From Pseudogymnoascus verrucosus (Eukaryota), in assembly GCA_001662655.1 (NCBI GenBank), contig KV460265.1: 54,234 bases of DNA; one strand, written 5' to 3'. Each line of letters begins with the position of its first letter. The first letter of the stretch is position 1. The notes beneath the pieces were generated by a model. The model searched no databases, was not told where the DNA came from, and saw only the letters and a list, made by a program, of their open reading frames with translations. Shown here in pieces: positions 1-10,037 of the stretch. The translations under genes were made by a program, and so were the position numbers.

Positions 1-2589
1 GGATTAGGGAAATGAGGTATGAGTATGAGTAACAAACGGAAATAACAACGATAGACGCTTCACGAGGGGTAATAACGATGAAGAATATATATATATATAG
101 TAGGTTTGAGGAAGTATAATCAGGTTGATGAAGTTGAATAGGTTCGTGAGTTTGGGTAGGTGGTGGATATAAGGCTACAGATAAGATAGCAAGTTCGCCC
201 TTCTTCCCTCTCCTGCTCTCCCCGAGGTATAAGTAGGCACACCCACAGCTTAGCTACCCGGGTATTCCACGCCGATACGGATCACGTCTCAGCCTATCGT
301 GGGGAACGTGGTTCTGTTGCCGCATGACCATGGTTTCGTATGTATGTATGTACAGTACCTCCTCCCATAATATATAGATACAGTAGAAGGCCATGGCAAA
401 GACCAAGGCTATGGCTGTTCTATACGTACAATACCTGTCTCAGCCTGCCCAGCCTGCCTCTCTGACTGTACCTCACCCATTCCCCTCCAAGTATCTACTA
501 TACGTACATAAACTGCGCGTTTATATCCCTCCATACAAACACCAGAAACACCGCACATGAACCCCATCCCATCCCATCCATCCATCCACCTGAATCAAAC
601 ACCTCACCTGCCTCTATGACGCTCCACGCCCCTTTGTTGACAGTAGCCGAGGGCGGTGCAAGGAGGGTACCCACCAAGGTAACCACGATGATGTCTTATC
701 GCGCTGCGTGGTGAGATAAGGCGTGTTTGTGTGTGGGGGGGCACGGGGATTGTTGGGGATGGATGTACTGCCCCGTATGTTTTTGTAGGGAGGGGTACAT
801 GGGGGGCGGGGAGAGGTGAGATTGCCGTATCGCGTATCTCCGTGCCTGGTGTTGGTGCTGGGCTTTCCGCTTTTTGTATCTGGTGTATCGGCGGGCTTTG
901 TTGGAGGAGAAGATTGAGGGGAGAGGGGATTACCTAGATGTTGTGGGATGTGATACTGTACACACTGTACTGTATGCCTTCGATATACATGTTTACCCCA
1001 CGATCCTCCCCCTTCATCCCCATCCATCCCTCCCCAACCACACCCGCACATACATACATCCATATCCATCCACCCCCCATCTCCATCTCCATCACCACTC
1101 CCCATCCCCCCCTCCCTCCCGTGCCCCGATCTCCCCGATGACTCGTCCAAACGCACCCGCCGCCCTGACCCTGATTGACATCACAGCGCATCTCCTTCCC
1201 ACCCTTCCCTGTCCCCTCCGTTTCCCCAGATTAGATACAGTAGTACCACAGGAATAGACACGCCTGGCCTACTTGGCTAGGCTAGGGGATCATGTGAAGT
1301 TGTGTTTGGCTGGAGGCGTGGAGGATGGTGGTATGAGAGAGGGAGGGATGGTGGTACGGGGTCCCAGCCTTGCTTTGGGGTTGTTGGTGTCATCTGGGTG
1401 CTTGCTTGGTGTGGCGATGAGCGCTGGGGGCTGTTCTGTCAGCCTGGCTTGATGATGTTGGCTCGGTGACTCCAACAACATCTCTAGAATCACTATCATC
1501 AAAGCAGCAAAGCATCAGGGAAGGTATCAAATAGTAAACAGTTCTTCTCCAGCGTAAACAGTACTCCAAAACCCGTCTCCAAGCGTCGATGTTGAGAGGC
1601 AGATGCACGTGATCATAACGTCTGCTTACATAATCACCCATCCGACGACATCCGTCTTTGTCTCCAGTGTCTCCCCACCCCTTCTTTCATCCACCAAGAA
1701 GCAATGGGGATGAAAACCACATCATTTTCCCAATCAATAAGTAGGAATTCCAATTCAATTCAATTTAATTCAAGTACCATATCCTCGCAGTTCACATTCA
1801 CATTTCCAAAACCGGTGAAAAATGAAGTCTCACAATCAGATTCTCGTATACGGTACAGAAAGTTCTACCCTACTTGCCCACCCTGCCCCGTCAATATCCT
1901 CGATATCCCGGCTCGTTGGAGACTTCCTCAGACAGCTTGTTTGCGAGTTCCTCGGGCAGCTCAGTGGCACTTGTGTTCAACGTTGAACTGCGGCGTGCAG
2001 CTCGACGTTGAACACAACCACCACTGGCCCTCTTCATCCTCTCCCAAATCCACCCCCCTTTGTACCGGCGGCATATAATGTGCCACCCCCGTGGATAGTC
2101 CCGCTCCTATCTCCCTCACCTACCCCAACTCCGTCGATGCCCCCATTCTTTCTCCCGCCCCCGGGCCGAAAATACTCCCTCCACCAGCCCCGTGGCGGCC
2201 AAAGCTCCGGCCGAAGCTGTAGCCGCCGCTGGTGCCACTCCCCTTCGAAAGGGATTTTACTAGCCCCTCTTCCCCACCGCTCTTGTCCGCTCTTTTCCAT
2301 ATCCACCACCAACCGGACAGACCATGAGGAGGAGGCCTTGTTGGCGGCCTTAGCCGAACCTGGCCGGATCCAAAGGACCACACACTCCTGGAAACCAACC
2401 AGAGTCCGGCTCCGGCAAAAGACCAGTCGATTGAAGGCGGGAGAGACCGCACCAACCATAGATGGTTGATGGATGTAGGGGTGGTCTCTCCCGCCCTCAA
2501 GCTGCTGCTCAGTAAAGGCCCATGGGTGTGGCCACACCACCCGACCCGGATGGGAAGTCCCAGAAGTTGTCCATCCGTAAACGGGGAAG

Positions 2590-3000
2590 ACCGAAAAAAC
2601 CATCCTAGAATAGGGACGGAAAAGAGGGACCAACCGAAAAAAAACAACCCAGGATAGGGACCGAAAAAGGGGGACCAACCGAAGAAACATCCGAGTATGG
2701 AGACCACCGAAAAAGTGGCCCCGAAAACAGGAGAAGGTTTTTCTCCCGAGTCCTGGAGCCAGAGAAATCAGATCCCCTGACTTCAAGATGGCGAGACACG
2801 CACCACCGCCACCCCCGCCGTGGGACGGTTGTAGGACCAGTCCGATGCGATTGCGGCGGTCCAGACCCTCGGTTCCGGGTTGGAACGAGTCCATGGGTGT
2901 GGACTCGAAAAAGGGATCCGAAAGGGAAGTCCGAAAAAGAGGACCGAAAAAGGAATCCGAAAGGCAACTCCGAAAAGGCAAAGGTTCTCCGAAGACCTCG
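2590..3000. repeat. Two clusters of short degenerate tandem repeats built on CCGAAA(A) (about 42-45 bp units at 2590-2735; about 13 bp spacing at 2905-2995)
   Basis: Recurrent ccgaaaa / gggaccgaaaaagg / gaccaaccgaa visible directly. On the minus strand they translate as repeated FRLVPLFR and (T/C)SLSD(P/S)FF-type peptides. Confidence 0.75.
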
Positions 3001-4633
3001 AACCGGAGATCCTGCTCGAACCGGAGGTTCGATCCGTGGAAAGGGGAGGAAGCACCCCCACCGGGTGTTCTCACTCCCGAGAAGCGCAGGAGAGACACCC
3101 CCCACCATAGATGGACAATTGTGCGACTAGCCCATAATGTGGTGGCCGAAGGGTGTCTCTCCCGCCCTGAGCTTGCCAGCAGCAAAAGCCTATAAGCGCG
3201 GGACCGAAAAAGGAGGTCTTTTTCCCGGAGATCTCAATTCGGAGATCTTTTCTCGATCCGGAGAGTCGACCCATACCTGGGTCACAATGTGGTCGTTCGA
3301 CTCCAAGAGACGAACTAGGGCCTCATCCTTCGCCGAGGCGTTTTGGCCGGACCTAATTTGTTTTGAGGTCAGTTTGTCATATTGACGGCTGTTCTCTGGG
3401 ATTTCGAGACAAGCCATTTTCAGGGCCGAGTGGCGTTCAACGCCCTTCCCTTTTTCGTCCTTTCGGGGATGCTCTGATCCCTTCCCCCGGTAGTTGGAGC
3501 CGGCGCCAGCCCCCGCAGTATGGCTGGGAGGTGAGGCACCGCGCCGGCACCCCGCTAGTCCGGAGAAGCCTCATATCCCCCCCCCCACCCACCTATCTGT
3601 TCCGGCGTTGGTGGTGGGAGGCGGCCATTAGCCGGCCTCGGGGAAGTCGCATGGAATTTTCAGACGGAATCCGGAGGCGCGTCGAAAGCTGGTCCGTCGC
3701 ATACCGTAAAGACGGCGAATACCAATCCGGGGAAGGCCGTCGATCGATCCGGAATCGGTACTTGGTGTGGCCGGTCGGTCCACCCGGGGCTCGTGGGAAG
3801 GACAGGGAGCCGGACCCGCCATGCTTTGCGGTTTTTGGCTCCCCCCCCCCCCGGAAACGTCCAGAATCCTGGACAGCCCCCCGTGAGCCGTGGGAGAGGT
3901 TCACTCCCAAAAGCACACAAAAAACCAATTCTCGCATCCCCTCGTAATCCCAGCGTCTCGCCCGACGCAAAACGAACTTGTTTCCCGCACTTCCCGTGCA
4001 TATTCTCACTGCCCTCCCCCCGTGCGCCTTCCCCCTTCGTAACCCCCGTAATCCCCTGACAGGCCGCCTAAGCCGCCTAGCCCGCCCCAACCCTCTCCCA
4101 GCCCACACACACGCAGCCGAGAATCCTCAGCTCCCACACCGAAATCCCAGGTAACCCCTGTCAGTAGGCGTGGCTACCGAACAAAGGAAATCGGCCGCCC
4201 ACACGCGAACAAGTTTCCTCGGTGAACTTGTCAACACCGAACCTTCCACACCGAACTTCAACACCGACAACCTTCCACACCGGCGCCGACGACGACACAG
4301 CACCAGCACCGGAACCACCACGACGACCACCACGGCCGTACGTTGAGAGTAAGTATTCTACCCTTTCTTTTCCGTCATCGTTGTCGTTTGTTCCGAGTTT
4401 CCGAGATCGAAAGTCGCATTGTTCGGAGCTTCTTTCATCGGGGTCCAGGGCGGCAGCTTCACTTCTTCGGGCTTCGGTGCCACGGTTCTCAAGCTCCTTC
4501 TCCCAGCTTGGAGGATCCTGTCCTCCATGGCCATGGGGACCATCCCCGAGCTCTTCTTCCTGTTCCAGAGCTTCTTTTCTTGATCGTCGAGGTCGCCGCC
4601 TCCAGATCCTTCTGCCAATCCAGGCGGCTCTCT

Positions 4634-4880
4634 ACGATCTTCGCCGAGATCAGAGGCCTTTTGTCCTTCCTCCATCTTTCTCCGTTCTTGTTCTTCTCCT
4701 ATTTTTTGTCAGCTTTCATGATCGTTTTCTCTCGGGAGAAGCTCCACTCACCACGATCTTCACCAAGATCAGAGTCCTTAGTCCATCCTCCATCTTTTCC
4801 ATTCCTGTTCTTCTCCTAATCTCCGTCAGCTTTCATGATCGTTCTCACAGGAGAAGCTTCACTCACCACGGACCTCACCA
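4634..4880. repeat. Imperfect direct repeat, 2 copies plus a partial third, period about 115-119 bp
   Basis: acgatcttc(g/a)cc(g/a)agatcagag...gtcagctttcatgatcgtt...ggagaagct(c/t)cactcaccacg occurs at 4634 and 4753. A third start is at about 4868. Confidence 0.85.
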
Positions 4881-5228
4881 CCAATCCTCCCAATTCCCCA
4901 TCTTCTCCTTCTTGATCTTCGAGGTCGCCGCCTCTCATCTTCTTCTCCCAGATCATCCTCCCAGCACTGACAGTTCCCATCGATCTACGCCGAGATCACA
5001 GTACTCTTTCTCTTCCCCCTCTTCCCCCAGCGCTGTCCTTGCGCTCTCTCTTTTCAGCTTCCTTGAGCTCACCCCCCAGGGGACGTGGCCTCTTCGCCGA
5101 TGACCTCCCCGACGAGCTTCCCATTCCCAAACTTCCTTTCCAAAACCCCTCCTTTCTCCAAACCCCGCTAACACATCAATAGCAGTATATCACCAACCAC
5201 GACCACCACCACGACCACCGCCGCTACA

Positions 5229-5567
5229 ATGCCCCTCCACGGTGTGGGGCTCGTCCTCACCGTCTGTGGTGCGGCCTGCGTGTTCGGGTTCCTCGGGGGC
5301 CTGGCCCAGCGCTGCTACATGGAGGCCCGTTCCCGCTCCCGCGCCCAGCACGACGCCCGCGAAGCCGCCCGCCGCGACGCCAACCGTGGCTGGCCGTCCG
5401 CTCCTGCGGATATCGAGCTGGGCCCCAGGCGCCCCATCGTGTGGCTTGATGGGCAGTTGGCGGCCCAGACGGGGGTGGGGAGGGGTCGGGTCTTCAACCC
5501 GGATGCCGAGGCCATTGCCGCGAATGGGAGGGAGGAGCGGGGGGGGTTGGGGTGGACGACGGTGTAG
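5229..5567 (+). CDS. Small hypothetical single-pass membrane protein (112 aa)
   Basis: ATG in good context (ctacaATGc), N-terminal hydrophobic segment GVGLVLTVCGAACVFGFLGGLA, GC3-rich codons. No recognised domain. Confidence 0.5.
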   Translation: MPLHGVGLVLTVCGAACVFGFLGGLAQRCYMEARSRSRAQHDAREAARRDANRGWPSAPADIELGPRRPIVWLDGQLAAQTGVGRGRVFNPDAEAIAANGREERGGLGWTTV

Positions 5568-6250
5568 AGGGGGGTGGGTGGTCCGGCAGCGTGAGCGGCT
5601 GGGGCCGGGGGGTGAGGGGGGTTGTGATCGGGGGTGAAGACCGACCAGCCGATGGAGGGGGGAGGGAGTGGGGGAGGTTGCGGGAGATGAGGGTGGCCGT
5701 GGCGGGGGAGGGTGTGTGTGGGTGTTGTCGGCCTCCGGCGTGAGGAGGATGGTGGTGCCGATGGGAGGCGATGGAGGAGACCAGATCGCGCCTGCCTGGT
5801 TCGAGCGACGACGAGCCCTCGATACTCCCTTGGGGCTGGTGCTGGAGTGATGACCGCCCAGCTGCCTTGGATCGAGACGGCGTACGGAGCGACTCTTCTT
5901 GTCGCGGTGCGTTTGAGTGGCTTTGTCTTCGGCCACCGATGCCAAGCCAGATCGTGGTGACCGAGGAGTTGGGAAGGGATGAAGCCCGCTCCTGCCAGTC
6001 GGCCAGTTCGGGGCTCTCAGAAGCCAGCTGGACCGGTGGTTTTCGGAAGTCGCCACGTGATGGTGCGGTCGAGGTGAGGCGGGTGGTGATGGGAGGTTGG
6101 CGACGGCGACGATGGAGGGAGGGGGGGCGACGGTGAACATAGATTCACCTCGCTGGCGATAAGGGGCGCGGGTCTGACGCCTGTCGGCGAATCAGGCCTG
6201 GCGGATTCACTGATGACGACGCCAGCGGAAGCGTCCACGGAATCCCATCG

Positions 6251-6745
6251 AATAGGGGGGCCACCGGGAATGAGTTTGGCCCCCCTATTTCGCTTCCGAT
6301 TCACTTCACTCTGGGGCACACTGGCAACAGAGGGGGCTTCTACGCGCTTTTACTTCACCATCGCATTCACCATCGACACAAGGGCTTTTGGGAACCACCA
6401 GGAACGAGATTGGTTTTCTCTTGTTTGCTTTTCTGTCTTCTCTTCTCCTCCCCTCTCCAATCTTCGGCACGTCAACAAAGTGGAAGTTCACCAGGAGCGA
6501 GTTTGTTCTTCCACTTCTCCTCACACAGTATCACAACGCAGTTACAAGGTCACCGGGAACGAGTTTGGCCTTGCAACAATATTCACAAAGTAGAAGTCCA
6601 CCAGGAACGAGTTTGGACTTCTATCTTTCATCAATCATCATCACAAAGGGGTAAAAGGTCACCGGGAATGAGTTTGGCCATCCTTCTTTCAACATTCACA
6701 ACAAATCTGTAAGAGATCACCAGGAACGAGTCTGATTCTCTACTT
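6251..6745 (+). repeat. Array of 7 stem-loops with conserved CA-CCRGGAAYGAGTT-TG loop and variable complementary stems (candidate structured RNA leader or ncRNA)
   Basis: Loops at 6264, 6398, 6491, 6553, 6601, 6662 and 6720. Each is flanked by its own inverted repeat, e.g. aataggggggcca/tggcccccctatt, aagtggaag/cttccactt, tagaagtcca/tggacttcta. Confidence 0.85.
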
Positions 6746-6910
6746 TTCTTCATCACAAACTGTGCAAAGAACTCCGTCAGGTCACATAGCACGCTCACCA
6801 GATTGGGCTTGCTTATTCCATTTCCTCAATATCAAAACAAAGCGTGAAAAGATCACCAAGAAGCAATTTCATCATCCAAACCGCAAAACAAAGGGGCACA
6901 CACAGCGACA

Positions 6911-9703
6911 ATGTCCGACTCACCTGGATCAGACTCATCATCTGGATCAGACACATCGTCTGAGGAATCCCCTGGAAATTATGAACTGCGCATGAATGAA
7001 TTAGGGATGGCTGAAGTGCTGTCTTTTTCATATGCACGATCTCCATCTCCACCTGCATTGGAAGATCCCAAGACTCCTGAAGCCACTTCTTCGACATCAT
7101 CACCCTCAGCAGTCGGGACCCCAGTTTCCACGTCGTCGGGAACTTTATCTGCAGAAGCTGGGAGCCCAACATCGACGTCGTCCAGAACTTTGTCTCTACA
7201 AGCTGGCACCCCAACATCAACGTCGTCGAAAACTTTGTCTCTACAAGCTGGCACCCCAACATCAACGTCGGAGGAGGATGACCCGTATCCAGTAGCTCAG
7301 AGCCCAACATCGACGTTCTCGGAATCCACGTCTGCTGCTGCACCCAAGACCCCAACCAAGTCCCCAGCAGCAAAGAACCCACCATGCACGTCCCTGTCGG
7401 CGCCGTATCCAGAGTCGTGGACTGAAAAACTGTGGTCTCCACCATCGTCTCCAGAGCTGCCCTCTCAATTGTCTCTGCATCTACCGTCTCCGGTGCGGAT
7501 CTCTCCGGAGCCATTCTCTCCAGCGCCGTGGTGGCCCGTATCGTCCTCTCCAACACCCGAGCCTGGAGCACGCACGACTCCAGCATCCCCACCGCCACCA
7601 CCGCCTGAGCGCGTCGTCATCGCCATCGCGGGCCCAACCTCTAGTGGCAAGACAACTCTCTCCAACCTTCTTCTCCATGTCTTTGGCAACGGCAGTGCTA
7701 CTCCGGGAAGCGGCTTTACCTCGGTCGCCCTCCATCAAGACGACTACTTTGTTCCTAGTAATCTCCCTACCGGACCTCAAGTTCAATGGGCTGAGTGCTA
7801 CCTTGAAGAATGGATGGGCGAGTGCCTTGCCAGTCGCGCCTGCATGTTCAAAGGTTTCACCGTGGAGGAAGCCGACAGGATCACACCCGTGCACGAGGAG
7901 ATACTCATCAGGGAGTATCGGGATGTCCATGCCCGTAGATGGAATGCACCTCATTTCGATGCAGAAGTTCTCAGCCTCCAGCTTCGCAGTGGCAAGAACC
8001 GTGACACGCGCCTTGTGACTGACTTTTTTGCTCTCGCCATCGCTATTGCGCGTGCCAAGGCGTCTATGCTCGACTCCGACATGGAAATTGCTGAGAGGGG
8101 TATGGTCACGGATTATAGCTTCCTTCTGGAGAAACCAAGCATTGACGGTCCCGAGATCGAAGACAACGAATATGGACCTCGCGATCCAAGCCCTTTCATC
8201 AAGGAGGAGGAGTCTATCAAGGGGGATGGATCAGTCAATGGAGTGGAACCTATCGAGATCTATGAATCAATCGAGAAAGATGAACATATTGAGGTATATG
8301 AATCAATCGAGAAAGACGAATCTATCGAGAAATATGAATCTACCAAGAACGGTGATCCTATCAAGGAAGAGGAGCCTATCCTAGAAGACGAGATCCTCGG
8401 GCATGATGAAGTATGGAACATCACAAAGTACAGGATCCACAAGCCTAGATGGCCCCCATACAAAGTTGACCATGGGATATATGGCCCCTACCTCCAAGAC
8501 CCCACCATGGTCGTCCCCAAGAAGGGTAAATCCGGCTACATCAAGAACCCGATCAAGCCCAACTCCCTCATTCCACACCACTGCTTCGCCGTCGAGCCAA
8601 ACTCCCTCCAATACCCAGAGCTCCCAGACGGCACCCGCAAGCTCCTCCCCGTCATCGTCAATCTCCGCCTCCAAGTGCAACGCTGGATCGAGGCTATGAC
8701 GACTCTGAACGAACTCGCTGGCTTCCCCGGGCTGAACTTCATAGATGGCAAATTCCGCGGCATCGTCTTCGTCGAGGGCTTCACGATCCTCCAGCCCGCC
8801 GAGGTCGACCCCGCCGCCCATCAACCCAACTACGACCTCTCGCTCTTCCTGTCTGCAACCCGTGAGGGAACGCGCAAGCGCAGATTTGCGCGCAAAGAGT
8901 ACAATAAACCGCTCATGAAGAGATACATGACATGGCGCGAGAAATCCTACTTCGATGGCGTTGCGTGGCCTGCGTTCGTTGAGGAGCACCAGTGGATCTT
9001 TAACATGACTCCCCAGCAGGCGAAAGAGGGACTTATGCCCGATGCCAAGTATGAGAATGTGTCTGACCTGGCGAAGGAGCGAGGCTTGGAGGTGCGACCG
9101 GGTGAGATGGGGATTAAAGAGACGCTGGAGTGGGCGATGCGTAAGATTATGAATGAGTTTGGGTTCAAGGAGAAGACTGCTAGGGAGAAGTGGGTGGAGG
9201 AGAAAAATGCTAGGGAGTACTTGGCGAAGGAGCAGAATGATTGGAATATGTGGGTGGATGAGGAGAATGCTTTCCATATGTGGGTGAATAAGGAGAATGT
9301 TAGGGAGATGTCGGCGGATGAGGATAATGATGGCGACGTCGTGGAGCAAGAGCAACCTGGAGAGTGGATTCAGGAGAACTTGATGGATGAGGACGACATT
9401 GACTTCATGTTTGAGATAGAGAAGCGTAATCTAGATATAACGGATGCGATTCATCGGGAGTGCCGTGATGATGGTCAGGTCCGTGATGATGCTGACCCTT
9501 ATTGGGGTAGACATGGTGCTGTTGAGGATGAGGATTTTGATTACGCTGCTGATCCCTGGTGGGGAATGCAGGATGACAATCTTGTGGAGGAGGTCTATTA
9601 TTCGGGAGACTTCAAAAATCTGGACTGGGAGGGGGATGATGGTATGCAGGCTTTCGGGACGTCGGATTCGGAATTATCGCAAGGAGGGTTTTGTAAGATA
9701 TGA
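6911..9703 (+). CDS. Enlarged P-loop kinase of the nicotinamide riboside kinase / uridine kinase family (930 aa)
   Basis: Intronless ORF. Walker A VIAIAGPTSSGKTT, LHQDDYF, later IVFVEGFTIL, YDLSLFL...RKRRFARKEY and YFDGVAWPAF match the fungal Nrk1-type motif order. It has a Ser/Thr/Pro-rich N-terminus, a large internal insertion and an acidic tail. Confidence 0.8.
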   Translation: MSDSPGSDSSSGSDTSSEESPGNYELRMNELGMAEVLSFSYARSPSPPALEDPKTPEATSSTSSPSAVGTPVSTSSGTLSAEAGSPTSTSSRTLSLQAGTPTSTSSKTLSLQAGTPTSTSEEDDPYPVAQSPTSTFSESTSAAAPKTPTKSPAAKNPPCTSLSAPYPESWTEKLWSPPSSPELPSQLSLHLPSPVRISPEPFSPAPWWPVSSSPTPEPGARTTPASPPPPPPERVVIAIAGPTSSGKTTLSNLLLHVFGNGSATPGSGFTSVALHQDDYFVPSNLPTGPQVQWAECYLEEWMGECLASRACMFKGFTVEEADRITPVHEEILIREYRDVHARRWNAPHFDAEVLSLQLRSGKNRDTRLVTDFFALAIAIARAKASMLDSDMEIAERGMVTDYSFLLEKPSIDGPEIEDNEYGPRDPSPFIKEEESIKGDGSVNGVEPIEIYESIEKDEHIEVYESIEKDESIEKYESTKNGDPIKEEEPILEDEILGHDEVWNITKYRIHKPRWPPYKVDHGIYGPYLQDPTMVVPKKGKSGYIKNPIKPNSLIPHHCFAVEPNSLQYPELPDGTRKLLPVIVNLRLQVQRWIEAMTTLNELAGFPGLNFIDGKFRGIVFVEGFTILQPAEVDPAAHQPNYDLSLFLSATREGTRKRRFARKEYNKPLMKRYMTWREKSYFDGVAWPAFVEEHQWIFNMTPQQAKEGLMPDAKYENVSDLAKERGLEVRPGEMGIKETLEWAMRKIMNEFGFKEKTAREKWVEEKNAREYLAKEQNDWNMWVDEENAFHMWVNKENVREMSADEDNDGDVVEQEQPGEWIQENLMDEDDIDFMFEIEKRNLDITDAIHRECRDDGQVRDDADPYWGRHGAVEDEDFDYAADPWWGMQDDNLVEEVYYSGDFKNLDWEGDDGMQAFGTSDSELSQGGFCKI
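7110..7330 (+). repeat. Intragenic 45-bp tandem repeat encoding AG(T/S)PTSTSS(R/K)TLSLQ
   Basis: About 3.5 copies of gctggcaccccaacatcaacgtcgtcgaaaactttgtctctacaa, plus a further partial copy at about 7300. Confidence 0.85.
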
Positions 9704-10037
9704 GGGCTTTATGAATTTGAGGGCTGAAAGAGGGGGTTCTTTATCAGTGTACGATATATACGAAAGGATGACAATGAATCGATGAATATAATGAGAGCAT
9801 ACTCTTTCATTGATGTTTGTTTGTGGTAACTAATTGTGCTTTTAGACCCGTATTCCCCTTAATTTTTTAATGAGCTTTCGGCAACCTTCGCTGTAGCAAT
9901 ATAGCTCCACAAGCAATACAACTTCTCTGCCTATCATCTTGACAAACTTCCACCACTATACCAGCTTTCCTCACAGCCACAAAGCTCTGTTCTTCAAAAA
10001 TATTTCACTGCACGGAATGTTTTGGGCACAAACAAAG

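Noticed and set aside
2034..3185. 383-aa minus-strand ORF
   Set aside because: It has a non-ATG start, no domain, and spans repeats and hairpins. Overlapping ORFs in most frames are expected in such GC-rich DNA, so it is not called as a gene.
1700..4200. Telomerase RNA or A-to-I-rescued (TAG to TGG) gene as an explanation of the structured block
   Set aside because: No TAACCCTAA-type template was seen. The TAG-containing frame from 2078 still ends at TGA and encodes nothing recognisable.
6204..6245. CTGATGA followed by a gacgc/gcgtc stem, resembling a hammerhead ribozyme core
   Set aside because: No GAAA follows the stem and no properly placed NUH cleavage site or stems I/III are visible.
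6251..6745. CRISPR array interpretation of the regularly spaced 17-nt motif
   Set aside because: The context is eukaryotic with no cas genes. Spacing is irregular (48-134 bp), the 'spacers' are related to one another, and the hairpin is formed by the variable flanks rather than by the repeat.
8381..9355. 324-aa minus-strand ORF (likewise 19492-20202, 39284-40198 and 10354-10998)
   Set aside because: These are antisense to well-supported genes and are explained by codon bias.
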